Origin: an uncultured Candidatus Micrarchaeota archaeon
Lineage (GTDB): Archaea > Micrarchaeota > Micrarchaeia > Anstonellales > Bilamarchaeaceae
Length of the DNA: 64,000 bases
NCBI GenBank assembly: GCA_963714085.1
Contig: OY970229.1
Location: 160,001 to 224,000, forward strand
Direction of reading: 5' to 3'
Both the position numbers and the translations under genes were made by a program. Positions 46,191-55,215 of this stretch are shown piece by piece. How positions within the stretch are numbered: the first letter of the stretch is position 1; each line of letters opens with the position of its first letter. The notes under the pieces were generated by a model, which was not told where the DNA came from, made no database searches, and saw only the letters and a list, made by a program, of their open reading frames with translations.

Positions 46191-46646
46191 ATGTTCGATA
46201 TAATAAGATGCGGCGCCGATGCCAAGGCGCACGGATTCGAGAGGCTGTTCAGCTCCGAGGAGGCCAATGCCAGGATAAGCGTCGTGGACAACGCGGAGAA
46301 GGCCGCAGAGCTCAAGAACAGGAAGGCGCTCCTCATGCTGAGAGACTGGAAGTTCGACGAAGGCGCGATAAAGGTCATAGCCGAGAAGAAAAAAGCATGC
46401 TTCCTCATAGACCTGTCCACCGTGATTGGCTCGCACGGCATGAGGCGGGCGGTGGAGATGTCCAAGCTGCGGAGCTTCCTGCGCCTGTGCGCCAAGCACG
46501 GCGCTTTTTACGCGTTCGCGAGCTTCTCCGAGAAGGAGGAGGACATCCGGAGCCCGGAGGAGCTCGAGCACATAATAATGCTGTTCGGATTGAACCGCGG
46601 GCAGGCGAAATTCTCGCTGAAGATGCTCGGGGAATACCTGGGATGA
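46191..46646 (+). CDS. rnp3: RNase P protein subunit Rpp30-like (short form)
   Basis: LRLCAKHGAFYAFASFSEKEEDIRSPEELEHIIMLFGL resembles the Rpp30 C-terminal half; lies downstream of rpl15e on the same strand. Confidence 0.7.
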   Translation: MFDIIRCGADAKAHGFERLFSSEEANARISVVDNAEKAAELKNRKALLMLRDWKFDEGAIKVIAEKKKACFLIDLSTVIGSHGMRRAVEMSKLRSFLRLCAKHGAFYAFASFSEKEEDIRSPEELEHIIMLFGLNRGQAKFSLKMLGEYLG

Positions 46647-46658
46647 TGCGGCACGCTC

Positions 46659-47933
46659 TCAGTTCCCGTTCCCTTGCGGGCCGTGCGCTCCCTGCCTTGG
46701 CTCGGCGCGCCTCTCACGCCAGTGCCTGTAGAGCGAGAGCACCCTCGCCAGGTTGTGCCCGCCGACGAACTCCTTGCCGCCGATGCCTGATATCTCTTCC
46801 AGGAACCATCCCGGGACTATGCCGACGCTTTGGGCCAGCATGAGCGAGCGCCTGGCCGACTCCCTGATTTCGTCCTGTGGCGTGGAGCAGAAATAGCGGA
46901 TGTAATCGAGCGCGGATTCCATCGGTCTCATGGACGCGAGATTGCCGATGACCGCCAGCTCATCCTCTATCTCGCCCATGGCGCTGCCGCGGGACCCGGT
47001 CAGCGCCGCTAATGAATACCTGCCTATCAGCGAAAGCGTGCGGGCGGTATCGCCATACGCCATGGACGCCACGTACTGGATAGTCTCCGGCAGGAGGCTG
47101 AGCTCTCCGCATGCCCGCACCAGCTCGTCGCGTATCGAGCCGTTCAGGACTGCGACGACATGGCTGGTCTCGTCCTCGGCATAATGCTCCTTCATGCACA
47201 GATATGAGGAATGGTAATTCAGCGCGTTCAGCAGGAGCGCGAGGGTCGGGAGCCTGGGGCCGGACGAGAGGCTTTCGAGATAAGCGGGGTCTACGGTCTC
47301 CTTGCGCAGCTGCTGTGCTTCCCTGCTGGATTCCAGGGCAGATCCAACGGGGCCGAGCACATCGACCGAGGATTCTTCGGAATCCCGGAACCTGCAGTTC
47401 TCCACGATGCCCAGGGCATCCTTCATCAGAAAGGATACGTCGGTCACCGCCTCATGGCCGCTTATCAGCCAGGATACGCTGCCGGCATTGGAAAACATGG
47501 AGCCTATGAGAAGCGTGTTGCGCCCGGTGTCGTGTTTATCGAAGATGACGCCGTATGCCCTGTAATGGCCGGTATCCCCGTCCATGCCGCCGCTGCCCGC
47601 GTCCATAAGGAAACCGTTGTCCAGGAAAGCGCGGCACGCGTCCGGCACATTCTTGTCATCCGCCGGGCCTGCGGACATGAGCTTTGCGGCCACCGGGTCG
47701 CCGAGCTCGCGAAGTTTCGCGAGTATCCTGAACCGCTTCGCGGCGATCTCGCCCACCACGGTTCCCAGGCTCGCGCTGTCGAAGGACGGTGCCAGGATAA
47801 TACTGGCGGAGGACGCCGCATGCTCGATAAACTCCGCCCTCTTGAGCGTCAGCTCGTCCAGGGGCTCGGCCCTGAGGAGCATCCGCCTCTCCAGCTCGCC
47901 GACCGGGCGCCTCCCGGCTTTCATCGTGGCCAT
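46659..47933 (-). CDS. Uncharacterised paralog family, member 3
   Basis: Shares LDxxTLKRAE, YGxxFD, IRDELVRAC and MAYGDT with the two upstream genes. Confidence 0.8.
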   Translation of the reverse strand: MATMKAGRRPVGELERRMLLRAEPLDELTLKRAEFIEHAASSASIILAPSFDSASLGTVVGEIAAKRFRILAKLRELGDPVAAKLMSAGPADDKNVPDACRAFLDNGFLMDAGSGGMDGDTGHYRAYGVIFDKHDTGRNTLLIGSMFSNAGSVSWLISGHEAVTDVSFLMKDALGIVENCRFRDSEESSVDVLGPVGSALESSREAQQLRKETVDPAYLESLSSGPRLPTLALLLNALNYHSSYLCMKEHYAEDETSHVVAVLNGSIRDELVRACGELSLLPETIQYVASMAYGDTARTLSLIGRYSLAALTGSRGSAMGEIEDELAVIGNLASMRPMESALDYIRYFCSTPQDEIRESARRSLMLAQSVGIVPGWFLEEISGIGGKEFVGGHNLARVLSLYRHWRERRAEPRQGAHGPQGNGN

Positions 47934-47934
47934 G

Positions 47935-49251
47935 TCATTGCAGCCTCCTTTCCTGGTTCCCGCTTCTGTTCGTGGGCGTGGCCTCGGACTCGCGCTCCTC
48001 GTTCTCCCTGCGCGCAGCGTAGGCGGCGAGCGCCGTCGCCAGGTTCCCCCGATGTACGAACTGTTTCTCTTCCAGCTCAGATACCTCGGCTACGGTTTTC
48101 CTGAGCTCCGGCATCCGGCCGGCCGCCTTGATTATCGTCTTTCGCGCGCGGAGCCTCACGACGTCCTCGTCAAGGCAGCAGAGCGTTGCCAGGTACGTGA
48201 TTGCGGATGTGTGCGCGAAGCCCGTTGTCAACGAGGCTATGTTCATCAGGTACGACTGCGCAGCGGCCAGGCCGACTCCGGCCTTGTTCAGGTTCTCGAG
48301 CACGTCCAGGCCTATGAGCGCGAGCGCCCTGGCCGTGTCACCGTACGCAATGGACATGGCATGCTCGACGTACCTGGGCATGCCGTTCAGCTGGGCGCAG
48401 CCCCGGACCATCTCGTCGCGTATGGTGCCGTTCGTCAACGACATCACGTAGGCGGACTCGTCTTGCGAGTGGTGCTTCCTCATGCGCATGTAATCGAAGC
48501 GCAGGCGCAGCGCTTTGAGCGCGAGCTCCAGGCCCTCCTTTCCGCCGACGCAGAGGAGCCGGGCGATGTGTCCGGGATCGGCATCGCTCCTGCGCAGCTG
48601 CGCGAGATCCGCGGCGGTGAACCGGACCCCTTCCATGTTGGCCTCCGTGCCGTACAAGTCGGATGGGATGGAATTGTAGGCGTCGACCTTCAGCATGGCG
48701 AGCATCAGCGGCTCGAACATGTCCACGATGAGCCCGCCGTCTGCCGTCTTCGATGTCGTCTGATCGCTGTTGTGGAGCATCGCGCCGACGCGGTACGCGG
48801 CGTTGCCCGCGTCGCAGCGGTCGAACACGATGCCGTAGACGCCGGATCGCGTGACCGCGACGCCACCTGGCGTTTCCATGAGCCCGATGCGGGCTTCCAT
48901 CAGGAAGCCGTCCTCGAGGAACATAGGCCCGGTGGTATTCATCACCCGCGCGTCGTTGCGCAACGAGGCTGACAGCGCGACCGAGGCTATCGAGTCGCCA
49001 AGCCCAGCGAGCTCTCCGAGCAGCCTGACGGACGTATCGTGTTCGGCTTTGAGGACTTCCAGCTCTGCTTCGGCTGCGGCCCGGTCTCCGGACTTCGCCA
49101 TGCACATGACCTTGGCACCCCGCGTGGCGCTGCTCATGAGATTCTCCGCGAACTCCGCGCGCTTGAGCGTTATCGGGTCCAGGCGTCCGGCCTTGAGGAG
49201 CATCCGCCTCTCCAGCTCGCAGCCCCAGCGCTCTTTCATCGCGCCCGCCAT
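47935..49251 (-). CDS. Uncharacterised paralog family, member 2
   Basis: Same motifs; TGA-C-ATG junctions. Confidence 0.8.
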   Translation of the reverse strand: MAGAMKERWGCELERRMLLKAGRLDPITLKRAEFAENLMSSATRGAKVMCMAKSGDRAAAEAELEVLKAEHDTSVRLLGELAGLGDSIASVALSASLRNDARVMNTTGPMFLEDGFLMEARIGLMETPGGVAVTRSGVYGIVFDRCDAGNAAYRVGAMLHNSDQTTSKTADGGLIVDMFEPLMLAMLKVDAYNSIPSDLYGTEANMEGVRFTAADLAQLRRSDADPGHIARLLCVGGKEGLELALKALRLRFDYMRMRKHHSQDESAYVMSLTNGTIRDEMVRGCAQLNGMPRYVEHAMSIAYGDTARALALIGLDVLENLNKAGVGLAAAQSYLMNIASLTTGFAHTSAITYLATLCCLDEDVVRLRARKTIIKAAGRMPELRKTVAEVSELEEKQFVHRGNLATALAAYAARRENEERESEATPTNRSGNQERRLQ

Positions 49252-49252
49252 G

Positions 49253-50617
49253 TCAGTTCCCCCTCTTGTCCGCGTTCGGGCTCTCCGCGGTGTCTGCGTC
49301 AGGGGGCTGCCTGCGCTGCTCCGAAGCCTCCTCCCTGAGCCTGTAGACCTCGAGTATCCTTGGCAGGTTCTCCCGCGTCACGAACGCCTTCCCTCTTATG
49401 GAATCGAGCTCTGCCACCAGGGACTCGGGTAACGTGGGTTCGCCCCGGGTCGTTGAGATGAAGATGTTCCTGGCCTTTTCTCTGACCACCTCGTCGCTCA
49501 CCATGCACATCCAGAACAGGGATGAGAGCGGGCTCTGGTTCGACATCCCCATCAGCAGGTTGCCGAGCGATGCGAATTGCCTCCTCGTTTTCTCGGCTTC
49601 GCCCTCGTCGCCGAAAGCGAGCTCCGCCAGCGCCTGCGTCCCGAGCTGGTAGAGCCCGCGGTAGGTGTCGCCGAACGCCATCGAGACCATGAAGTCGTAT
49701 CCCAGGAGGCCGGATTGCGTCGCGCAGGCACGGACCAGCTCGTCCTGTATCATTGAATTGAGCGATGCGACGACGTGCTCGGTCTCGTCATCCGCATGCG
49801 CGCCCTTGGCCGTCATGTAGTTGAAATGGTAGTGCAGGACCTCCAGCATGCTCTCGAACGCGCTGTCGCCACCGGCGCTGATGAGCCGCGTGAGGAACCT
49901 GGGGTCCGGCGCATCGGTGCGCACGTACCGCCTCATGTCATCAGGGCTTATCCTTGCCGCCATCGCGCCGACCCTGGTGCCTTCGGTGGTGAAGCAGTTC
50001 ATCTCGCCGAAGTCGCACTTCCGTGTCCTGAAGGCCTCCACGTTCTCGATCGATTCCATGAGAAGGAAATGCGTGTCCAGCGTCAGCCCAACCCCCAGCG
50101 TCGCGGCCTCCCATGAGACCCTGACGTCGTTGTCGAGCATCGCGCCGATGTTGACGGCCCTCTGGCCCGTGCGGCATTTATCGAACAGTATCCCGTACGC
50201 GGCGTGCCCGAATTTCACGCCCATGCCCCCGGGCCTCGGGACGATTGTGATGCCGTGGTCAATGAGGAACCCGCCGTTCGCGAGCATGGCGCCGATGTCC
50301 GGCACTTCGGCCTGCGTGGCCAGCGCCATGGCCCGCTGAGCGACCGTATCGCCCATCCGCGAGAGCTCCTCGACCGTCCTGGTGATCTTCTCCATGGATG
50401 GCGCCTTGGCGGGCCCCTTCCTGCCCTGCGCCCTGGCCGCGGCCACCAGCATCTCGCGGCTCGCTGGTATGAAATGCCTCGCCAGCTCCGCGCGCTTGAG
50501 CGTTATCTGGTCGAGCGGCTCGGCCATCGCGAAGAGCCTCTGCCTGAGGCCGTCCGATGGCTTGGGTTGCGCCTTGGCTTTATGAACTGTCATGGATGTG
50601 CCTCTGCTGATAGGCAT
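49253..50617 (-). CDS. Uncharacterised paralog family, member 1
   Basis: Same motifs; TTTAAA box upstream. Confidence 0.8.
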   Translation of the reverse strand: MPISRGTSMTVHKAKAQPKPSDGLRQRLFAMAEPLDQITLKRAELARHFIPASREMLVAAARAQGRKGPAKAPSMEKITRTVEELSRMGDTVAQRAMALATQAEVPDIGAMLANGGFLIDHGITIVPRPGGMGVKFGHAAYGILFDKCRTGQRAVNIGAMLDNDVRVSWEAATLGVGLTLDTHFLLMESIENVEAFRTRKCDFGEMNCFTTEGTRVGAMAARISPDDMRRYVRTDAPDPRFLTRLISAGGDSAFESMLEVLHYHFNYMTAKGAHADDETEHVVASLNSMIQDELVRACATQSGLLGYDFMVSMAFGDTYRGLYQLGTQALAELAFGDEGEAEKTRRQFASLGNLLMGMSNQSPLSSLFWMCMVSDEVVREKARNIFISTTRGEPTLPESLVAELDSIRGKAFVTRENLPRILEVYRLREEASEQRRQPPDADTAESPNADKRGN

Positions 50618-50735
50618 CTTATGTCCAGAACTGCTTTAAAAGCTACTGTTTTTTACATTTTTAGCAACCAAAGCCACGGACCCGCGTTCCCCAGAGGGAT
50701 GGACTGGCGAGGCCCTCCTTCAAGAGAAAGCAGGA

Positions 50736-51176
50736 TCAGAGGAACTTGCTCATCACGCTGAGGGTACGTTTCCCTCCCCATTGCCTCTCCAGGCGCGCTT
50801 CCTCCGCGTATCCCTTTCTCTTGTAGAATCCGTAGGCTTTTGAGGATGGGAAGGTCCACAGCCAGATTTTCCTGCATTTGTGCCTCTTGGCCGCGGCCTC
50901 GCATCTTCCGAGTAGCATGGAGCCTGCTCCGGCCCCGCGGCGGTCTTTGGCCACTATGAAGGCCCCTATCTTGGCCACGTTGCGGCCTATGTGCAGGGAC
51001 GCCACCCCGACGGTCTTCCCGTCCTCCACGGCCTTGAAGAACAGCTTCTTTTCCCTGATGGAGAAGGTCAGGTACTCGTCCCGCCCTTCCTTGCCGAAGA
51101 ACTCGCCGAAATAGCGCTCGAACTCCCTGTCCGCGAAGCGCTGGTAGGCCCACTTGGACGACGTCTTGACTTCCAT
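50736..51176 (-). CDS. GNAT-family N-acetyltransferase
   Basis: VAKDRRGAGAGSMLL and AYGFYKRKGY motifs. Confidence 0.9.
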   Translation of the reverse strand: MEVKTSSKWAYQRFADREFERYFGEFFGKEGRDEYLTFSIREKKLFFKAVEDGKTVGVASLHIGRNVAKIGAFIVAKDRRGAGAGSMLLGRCEAAAKRHKCRKIWLWTFPSSKAYGFYKRKGYAEEARLERQWGGKRTLSVMSKFL

Positions 51177-51262
51177 GGACAAAGAAGGTGGCGGCAAACT
51201 ATAAATATCATTGTTTTTGGCGATGCGCCCGCTTTTTAAATTGTTTTAATTAGTATATTAGT

Positions 51263-52162
51263 GTGAATACTAAACAGGGACTCCCGGAGGCGCGCGCGTC
51301 GCTGCTTTCGACGTTTCGCGCGGCGTCCGAGGACAATACCGCCCGGTCCGCGATAAGGGCGCACCGCCTGCGCAGGCTGCACGAGCCCACTGTGGAGGAG
51401 ATAGGCGCCTACAGGAAGAGCGGCGGCAAGGCCAATATCTACCAGGTGTGCGCCGAGTCGCTCCTGCGCCTGCGGGGCATGCCCATGGCGAAAGGCAAGA
51501 TAGAGAGGGCGCTCTTCGCTGAAGAGGTGGAGAGGCTGCTCTGCAACAGCGCAGAAACGAAGGACACGGAGCACAAGGAGAGGTTCGGCGAGCTCGCGCA
51601 CTCGTTCTCCCGCCTCATCGCGGTGCATTACGAGGACGAGTACGGGAGGCAACCCGGGCGGCTGGACGGGGAGCTCAAGATGATCCTGCCTTACCTGGCC
51701 AAACACCTTATGGCCGAGCTGGAGCTGTGCATGGAGGCGAGATTCGCGCGGCCCGCGAGCAACCTGTGCAAGGTCTCGTTCTTCGACATCCAAGCCAAGC
51801 TCGACATGCTCGGAAGCCATCCTGAGAGGATAGTGAAGGCCAATGACAGGAGCATCATCGACGCCGCCATGAACGGCGTGAACCTAAGGCTCGCGGACAC
51901 TCTCGCAGCTGGGGCGAAGGCCAAGCTCGACATGCTGGAGGCCCATCCTCTGAAGGCAGTGAGGATCAATGCCAGGAGCATCCTCAATGCCGCGCTGATA
52001 AGGGGGACCCTGAGGCTCGCGGACACTCTCGCCGCCGGAGCTGCCGAAGCCCTCAGGAAGATGGAGAAGCGGCTCGGGGTGGGAATGGCCAAAACGCCGT
52101 TTTCCGAGATGCTCGCATCCGGCACCCTGGACGTGGACGCGTTCCTCAAGAGGGACACCTGA
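51263..52162 (+). CDS. Hypothetical protein with an internal 42-aa tandem duplication
   Basis: AKLDML...LRLADTLAAGA occurs twice with a 126-bp period. Confidence 0.7.
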   Translation: MNTKQGLPEARASLLSTFRAASEDNTARSAIRAHRLRRLHEPTVEEIGAYRKSGGKANIYQVCAESLLRLRGMPMAKGKIERALFAEEVERLLCNSAETKDTEHKERFGELAHSFSRLIAVHYEDEYGRQPGRLDGELKMILPYLAKHLMAELELCMEARFARPASNLCKVSFFDIQAKLDMLGSHPERIVKANDRSIIDAAMNGVNLRLADTLAAGAKAKLDMLEAHPLKAVRINARSILNAALIRGTLRLADTLAAGAAEALRKMEKRLGVGMAKTPFSEMLASGTLDVDAFLKRDT

Positions 52163-52292
52163 GAAGAAAAATGACATTTCGCGTAATGAATTCGGATGGA
52201 TATTTACGACGCGCGAGTGTGCCCGGAAACGCGTAAAGACCCGGGAGCAACCGTTCAATATATATTATTAATATCGTTTCGTCATCAGTATC

Positions 52293-52850
52293 ATGATGGT
52301 TTCTAATGTGATTGTGGCGGGCGTAGTCATAGTTGCAATTCTGCTCGTATTATTCTACCTCTCGCCTTACTCTGACATTGATCATGTAGACTGCATTACG
52401 CCAACGAACGTGCCGAACCCTGCCGGAGCGGAACTCTCGCCCTTCTGTGGTGTCGAAGTTGTCCCGTTCCCTGAGTCCCTTTTCATTCCGCCATTCCCAT
52501 TCAGGTCCAGAGATTCAGAATTCGTCGATTTTTGTAGGAGGAACATACCTACTGTCGAGGATTCGTGCAACGTTACGGTAACAAAAACGATGATTGAGAC
52601 CTTAAGCAGCGTAGATGACGAGTATTCGTGCGTATACTTTGTTAATAATTATACCTCGACAATATCGCTTGACAAATTTGCGGAACCGCTAACGCCCCAA
52701 GACACCCAAGCGATAACATTATTCAATTTGGATATGATATACCTGAAGGGTTTTGCGGTCAGCATCACTTCCGGGCCATTTGATTACGATTCATCTTGGG
52801 CCCCGTTGGATTATCAAAACTGTACGGATTTGAAGACGCGATTGCGTTAA
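52293..52850 (+). CDS. Membrane-anchored extracellular protein, paralog A
   Basis: N-terminal TM; clearly paralogous to 54658-55215 (PPFPFRSRDSEF.DFCRRNIPT). Confidence 0.8.
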   Translation: MMVSNVIVAGVVIVAILLVLFYLSPYSDIDHVDCITPTNVPNPAGAELSPFCGVEVVPFPESLFIPPFPFRSRDSEFVDFCRRNIPTVEDSCNVTVTKTMIETLSSVDDEYSCVYFVNNYTSTISLDKFAEPLTPQDTQAITLFNLDMIYLKGFAVSITSGPFDYDSSWAPLDYQNCTDLKTRLR

Positions 52851-52882
52851 TAACCCAATTTACCTTTTATGGATGTTAGAGT
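52847..52882 (-). repeat. Orphan copy of the glycoside hydrolase gene 3' tail (TLTSIKGKLGY*)
   Basis: Matches 55212-55247 with three differences, all silent in the GH frame (TTA/CTA, ACC/ACA, TAG/TAA). Confidence 0.9.
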
Positions 52883-52914
52883 GAAAGCATTTTGAGTGCA
52901 ATGCCGGCCGGTTT

Positions 52915-54015
52915 CTAGCCGCTTATCTTCTTCACGAAGATATTCCGCCCATCGAAGCTATATGCGAGTTTGGTGCCATCCGGGGACCAGTCAAAGAGGT
53001 CTGTGTTGTCGGTCGCCTCGCCTCCCTGGTCGGAGAAGACGAGCGTGCGGTTATCAAGGTCTATCACCGCAATGAACCCTCCTACGCATACCTGGGGTCC
53101 AGCCGATTCCGGGCATGCGGATTCCGAAAGGGTTCCACCCACAGCCACGTATCGGCCATCCGGGGAGGCTTCGATCTGATCCAACGAGCAGTCATATCCG
53201 AAAATCGCTTCGCAATCGAACGAATACAGCGTTTTCGCGGGGGCAGACTGGTTGAACGGATCGAGAGAGATCACGCTGGAAGTCCAGGGCGAGTCTGGCG
53301 AGGATCCATACAGCATCAGCATGTCACTATCGTTTATCCACTCGAAATTGTCCGCACGGTAATCTGAGAAATTGCCCAGCTGGTCGAAGCCGGGGATTGA
53401 ATAGATGGTCATCGTAGAATCGGCGCCGAAGAGGCGGTCATAGACCAAAACACCCAGATACCTCCCATCCGGGCTGAATTTGGTTATCGGGAGGTCATAT
53501 GTGCTGAAGTTTCGGATCACGGACAGGTTATCCATGTTGATGATGTAGAATCCATATCCGATCGTGAGATTGTTGATGTCCTGTGCATTATTGGAATTAG
53601 AAAACGATAAAGCGAGAAATCTTGAATCATTGGAGAGGGCCAGTGCAGGGACATCATCTGAGAACTGATTGATCGACATCGATGTGTTTGCTTCGATAAC
53701 GCCATTGTTCCAGATTGTGAGCAAGAAATCCGAGCCGTTGCACGAATATTCTTTCTCGTAGTCGGAAACCACGGTGCTATTGTCCGACCAGACGAAATCG
53801 CCCATCTGGTAGCAGTTTATTCCTCCGAACGAACCTGCTGGGGCGAGGTTTTGGTTGTAGAGCGAGACACCCTGGGTGCTGCCCAGGGAAATCTGGCCGG
53901 AAGGCGAGTATCTTAATCTGAGATTCCGGGCGATCTCCCCGCCCCTTGGTGATGTGGAAGTCGAGAGGCACCCGGCCAGAATTAGGAATGCGCATACGAA
54001 AAGGACTGCTTTCAT
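52915..54015 (-). CDS. WD40/TolB-like beta-propeller lipoprotein
   Basis: LAGC lipobox-like signal; SPDGRYL, SPDGRYV and WSPDGTKLAY repeats. Confidence 0.85.
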   Translation of the reverse strand: MKAVLFVCAFLILAGCLSTSTSPRGGEIARNLRLRYSPSGQISLGSTQGVSLYNQNLAPAGSFGGINCYQMGDFVWSDNSTVVSDYEKEYSCNGSDFLLTIWNNGVIEANTSMSINQFSDDVPALALSNDSRFLALSFSNSNNAQDINNLTIGYGFYIINMDNLSVIRNFSTYDLPITKFSPDGRYLGVLVYDRLFGADSTMTIYSIPGFDQLGNFSDYRADNFEWINDSDMLMLYGSSPDSPWTSSVISLDPFNQSAPAKTLYSFDCEAIFGYDCSLDQIEASPDGRYVAVGGTLSESACPESAGPQVCVGGFIAVIDLDNRTLVFSDQGGEATDNTDLFDWSPDGTKLAYSFDGRNIFVKKISG

Positions 54016-54098
54016 GAGGGGATATGGATTCGTATCCTCTTTTATTGTTACCCGTTTCGTTCGTACAGGGATCCTGTCGATGAATTTTCCATACAAGA

Positions 54099-54488
54099 CT
54101 ATTGGTAACTACTAAGGATACTAGTGCAATTAGTTATACTGGCATTAAGGCATTGTGGACATTCGTCCCTGCAATCGATTGCATAATGGTTTTCGCAGAG
54201 TTGAGTTCCGTTCGAATCGAAGTAATACTCGTTTATTTCGGAAGTCGCATACGCGCTAGTAACATCGAAGATATCGGTGTTTTCCAGTTTGCAGGCATAC
54301 AAATAGTAATACGTTGCCCCCAAGATGGACGTGCTTTTTATTGAAAAATACTTGTTATATACTTCTGGCGGAACGCCTTTGGACTTGGCAGCGTTGTAAT
54401 CCGGGAAATAAAGAACGTAACTCGCTACGATAATGACTGCGATGATAAAAATCGCAATAAGAAATACCTGGAAGATCTTTTTGTTCAT
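54099..54488 (-). CDS. Small membrane-anchored Cys-containing protein
   Basis: N-terminal TM; YYFDSNGTQLC..C..C motif; AT-rich. Confidence 0.7.
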   Translation of the reverse strand: MNKKIFQVFLIAIFIIAVIIVASYVLYFPDYNAAKSKGVPPEVYNKYFSIKSTSILGATYYYLYACKLENTDIFDVTSAYATSEINEYYFDSNGTQLCENHYAIDCRDECPQCLNASITNCTSILSSYQ

Positions 54489-54657
54489 ATCCCACTCTAG
54501 AAACTTGTATTTTTTTAATCCAGCCGGTATATTCCGGCTGTCTTGGCCGGAATAGCGATCCGTTCACGACCCGGACCGTTCCTTATCAATTCCGGAAGGT
54601 TCTCGAACGCTTGCGCCAGGAGCATGCCTTATTTAACATTAACGTGCTAATACTATC

Positions 54658-55215
54658 ATGGTGGGTAAGAAGGCACTTGCGGTAGGCATTGCCATAGTCG
54701 TAATCTTACTCGTATTGTTCTACCTCTCGCCTTTTTCTAAATTTGATTTCAATCAGTGTTATACCCCGCAAAATATGTCGAATTCCCGCGAAGGAGAACT
54801 TATGCCGACTTGTGGGAATTTGGTATTTCCATTCCCCGCATCCGTTCTTCTTCCGCCCTTTCCATTCAGGTCCAGGGATTCTGAATTCATTGATTTTTGC
54901 AGAAGGAACATACCTACCATCGAGAATTCATGCAATGTAACCGTAGATACAACCCTGATCGAGACTTTAAGCAATGAAGATGATGAATACGCGTGTACTT
55001 ATATTTTCAATAATCCCAGATCATATATTTCGCTTAAAAAATTTGTGGAACCACTGACACCCCAAGAAACCGACGAGATAGGTACGTACAATCTGAATAT
55101 GATATACCTAAAGGATTTTGCAGTGAGCATATCCTCTGGGCCATTTGATTATGCCCCGTCTGTACCGAAATTCGATTATAAGAACTGCGCGGACTTGAAA
55201 GCGCGATTGCGCTAA
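54658..55215 (+). CDS. Membrane-anchored extracellular protein, paralog B
   Basis: Paralog of 52293-52850. Confidence 0.8.
   Translation: MVGKKALAVGIAIVVILLVLFYLSPFSKFDFNQCYTPQNMSNSREGELMPTCGNLVFPFPASVLLPPFPFRSRDSEFIDFCRRNIPTIENSCNVTVDTTLIETLSNEDDEYACTYIFNNPRSYISLKKFVEPLTPQETDEIGTYNLNMIYLKDFAVSISSGPFDYAPSVPKFDYKNCADLKARLR

Noticed and set aside
47110..47140. DELVRAC in the paralog trio as an HExxH zincin site
   Set aside because: Both His positions are absent in all three paralogs; the resemblance is superficial.
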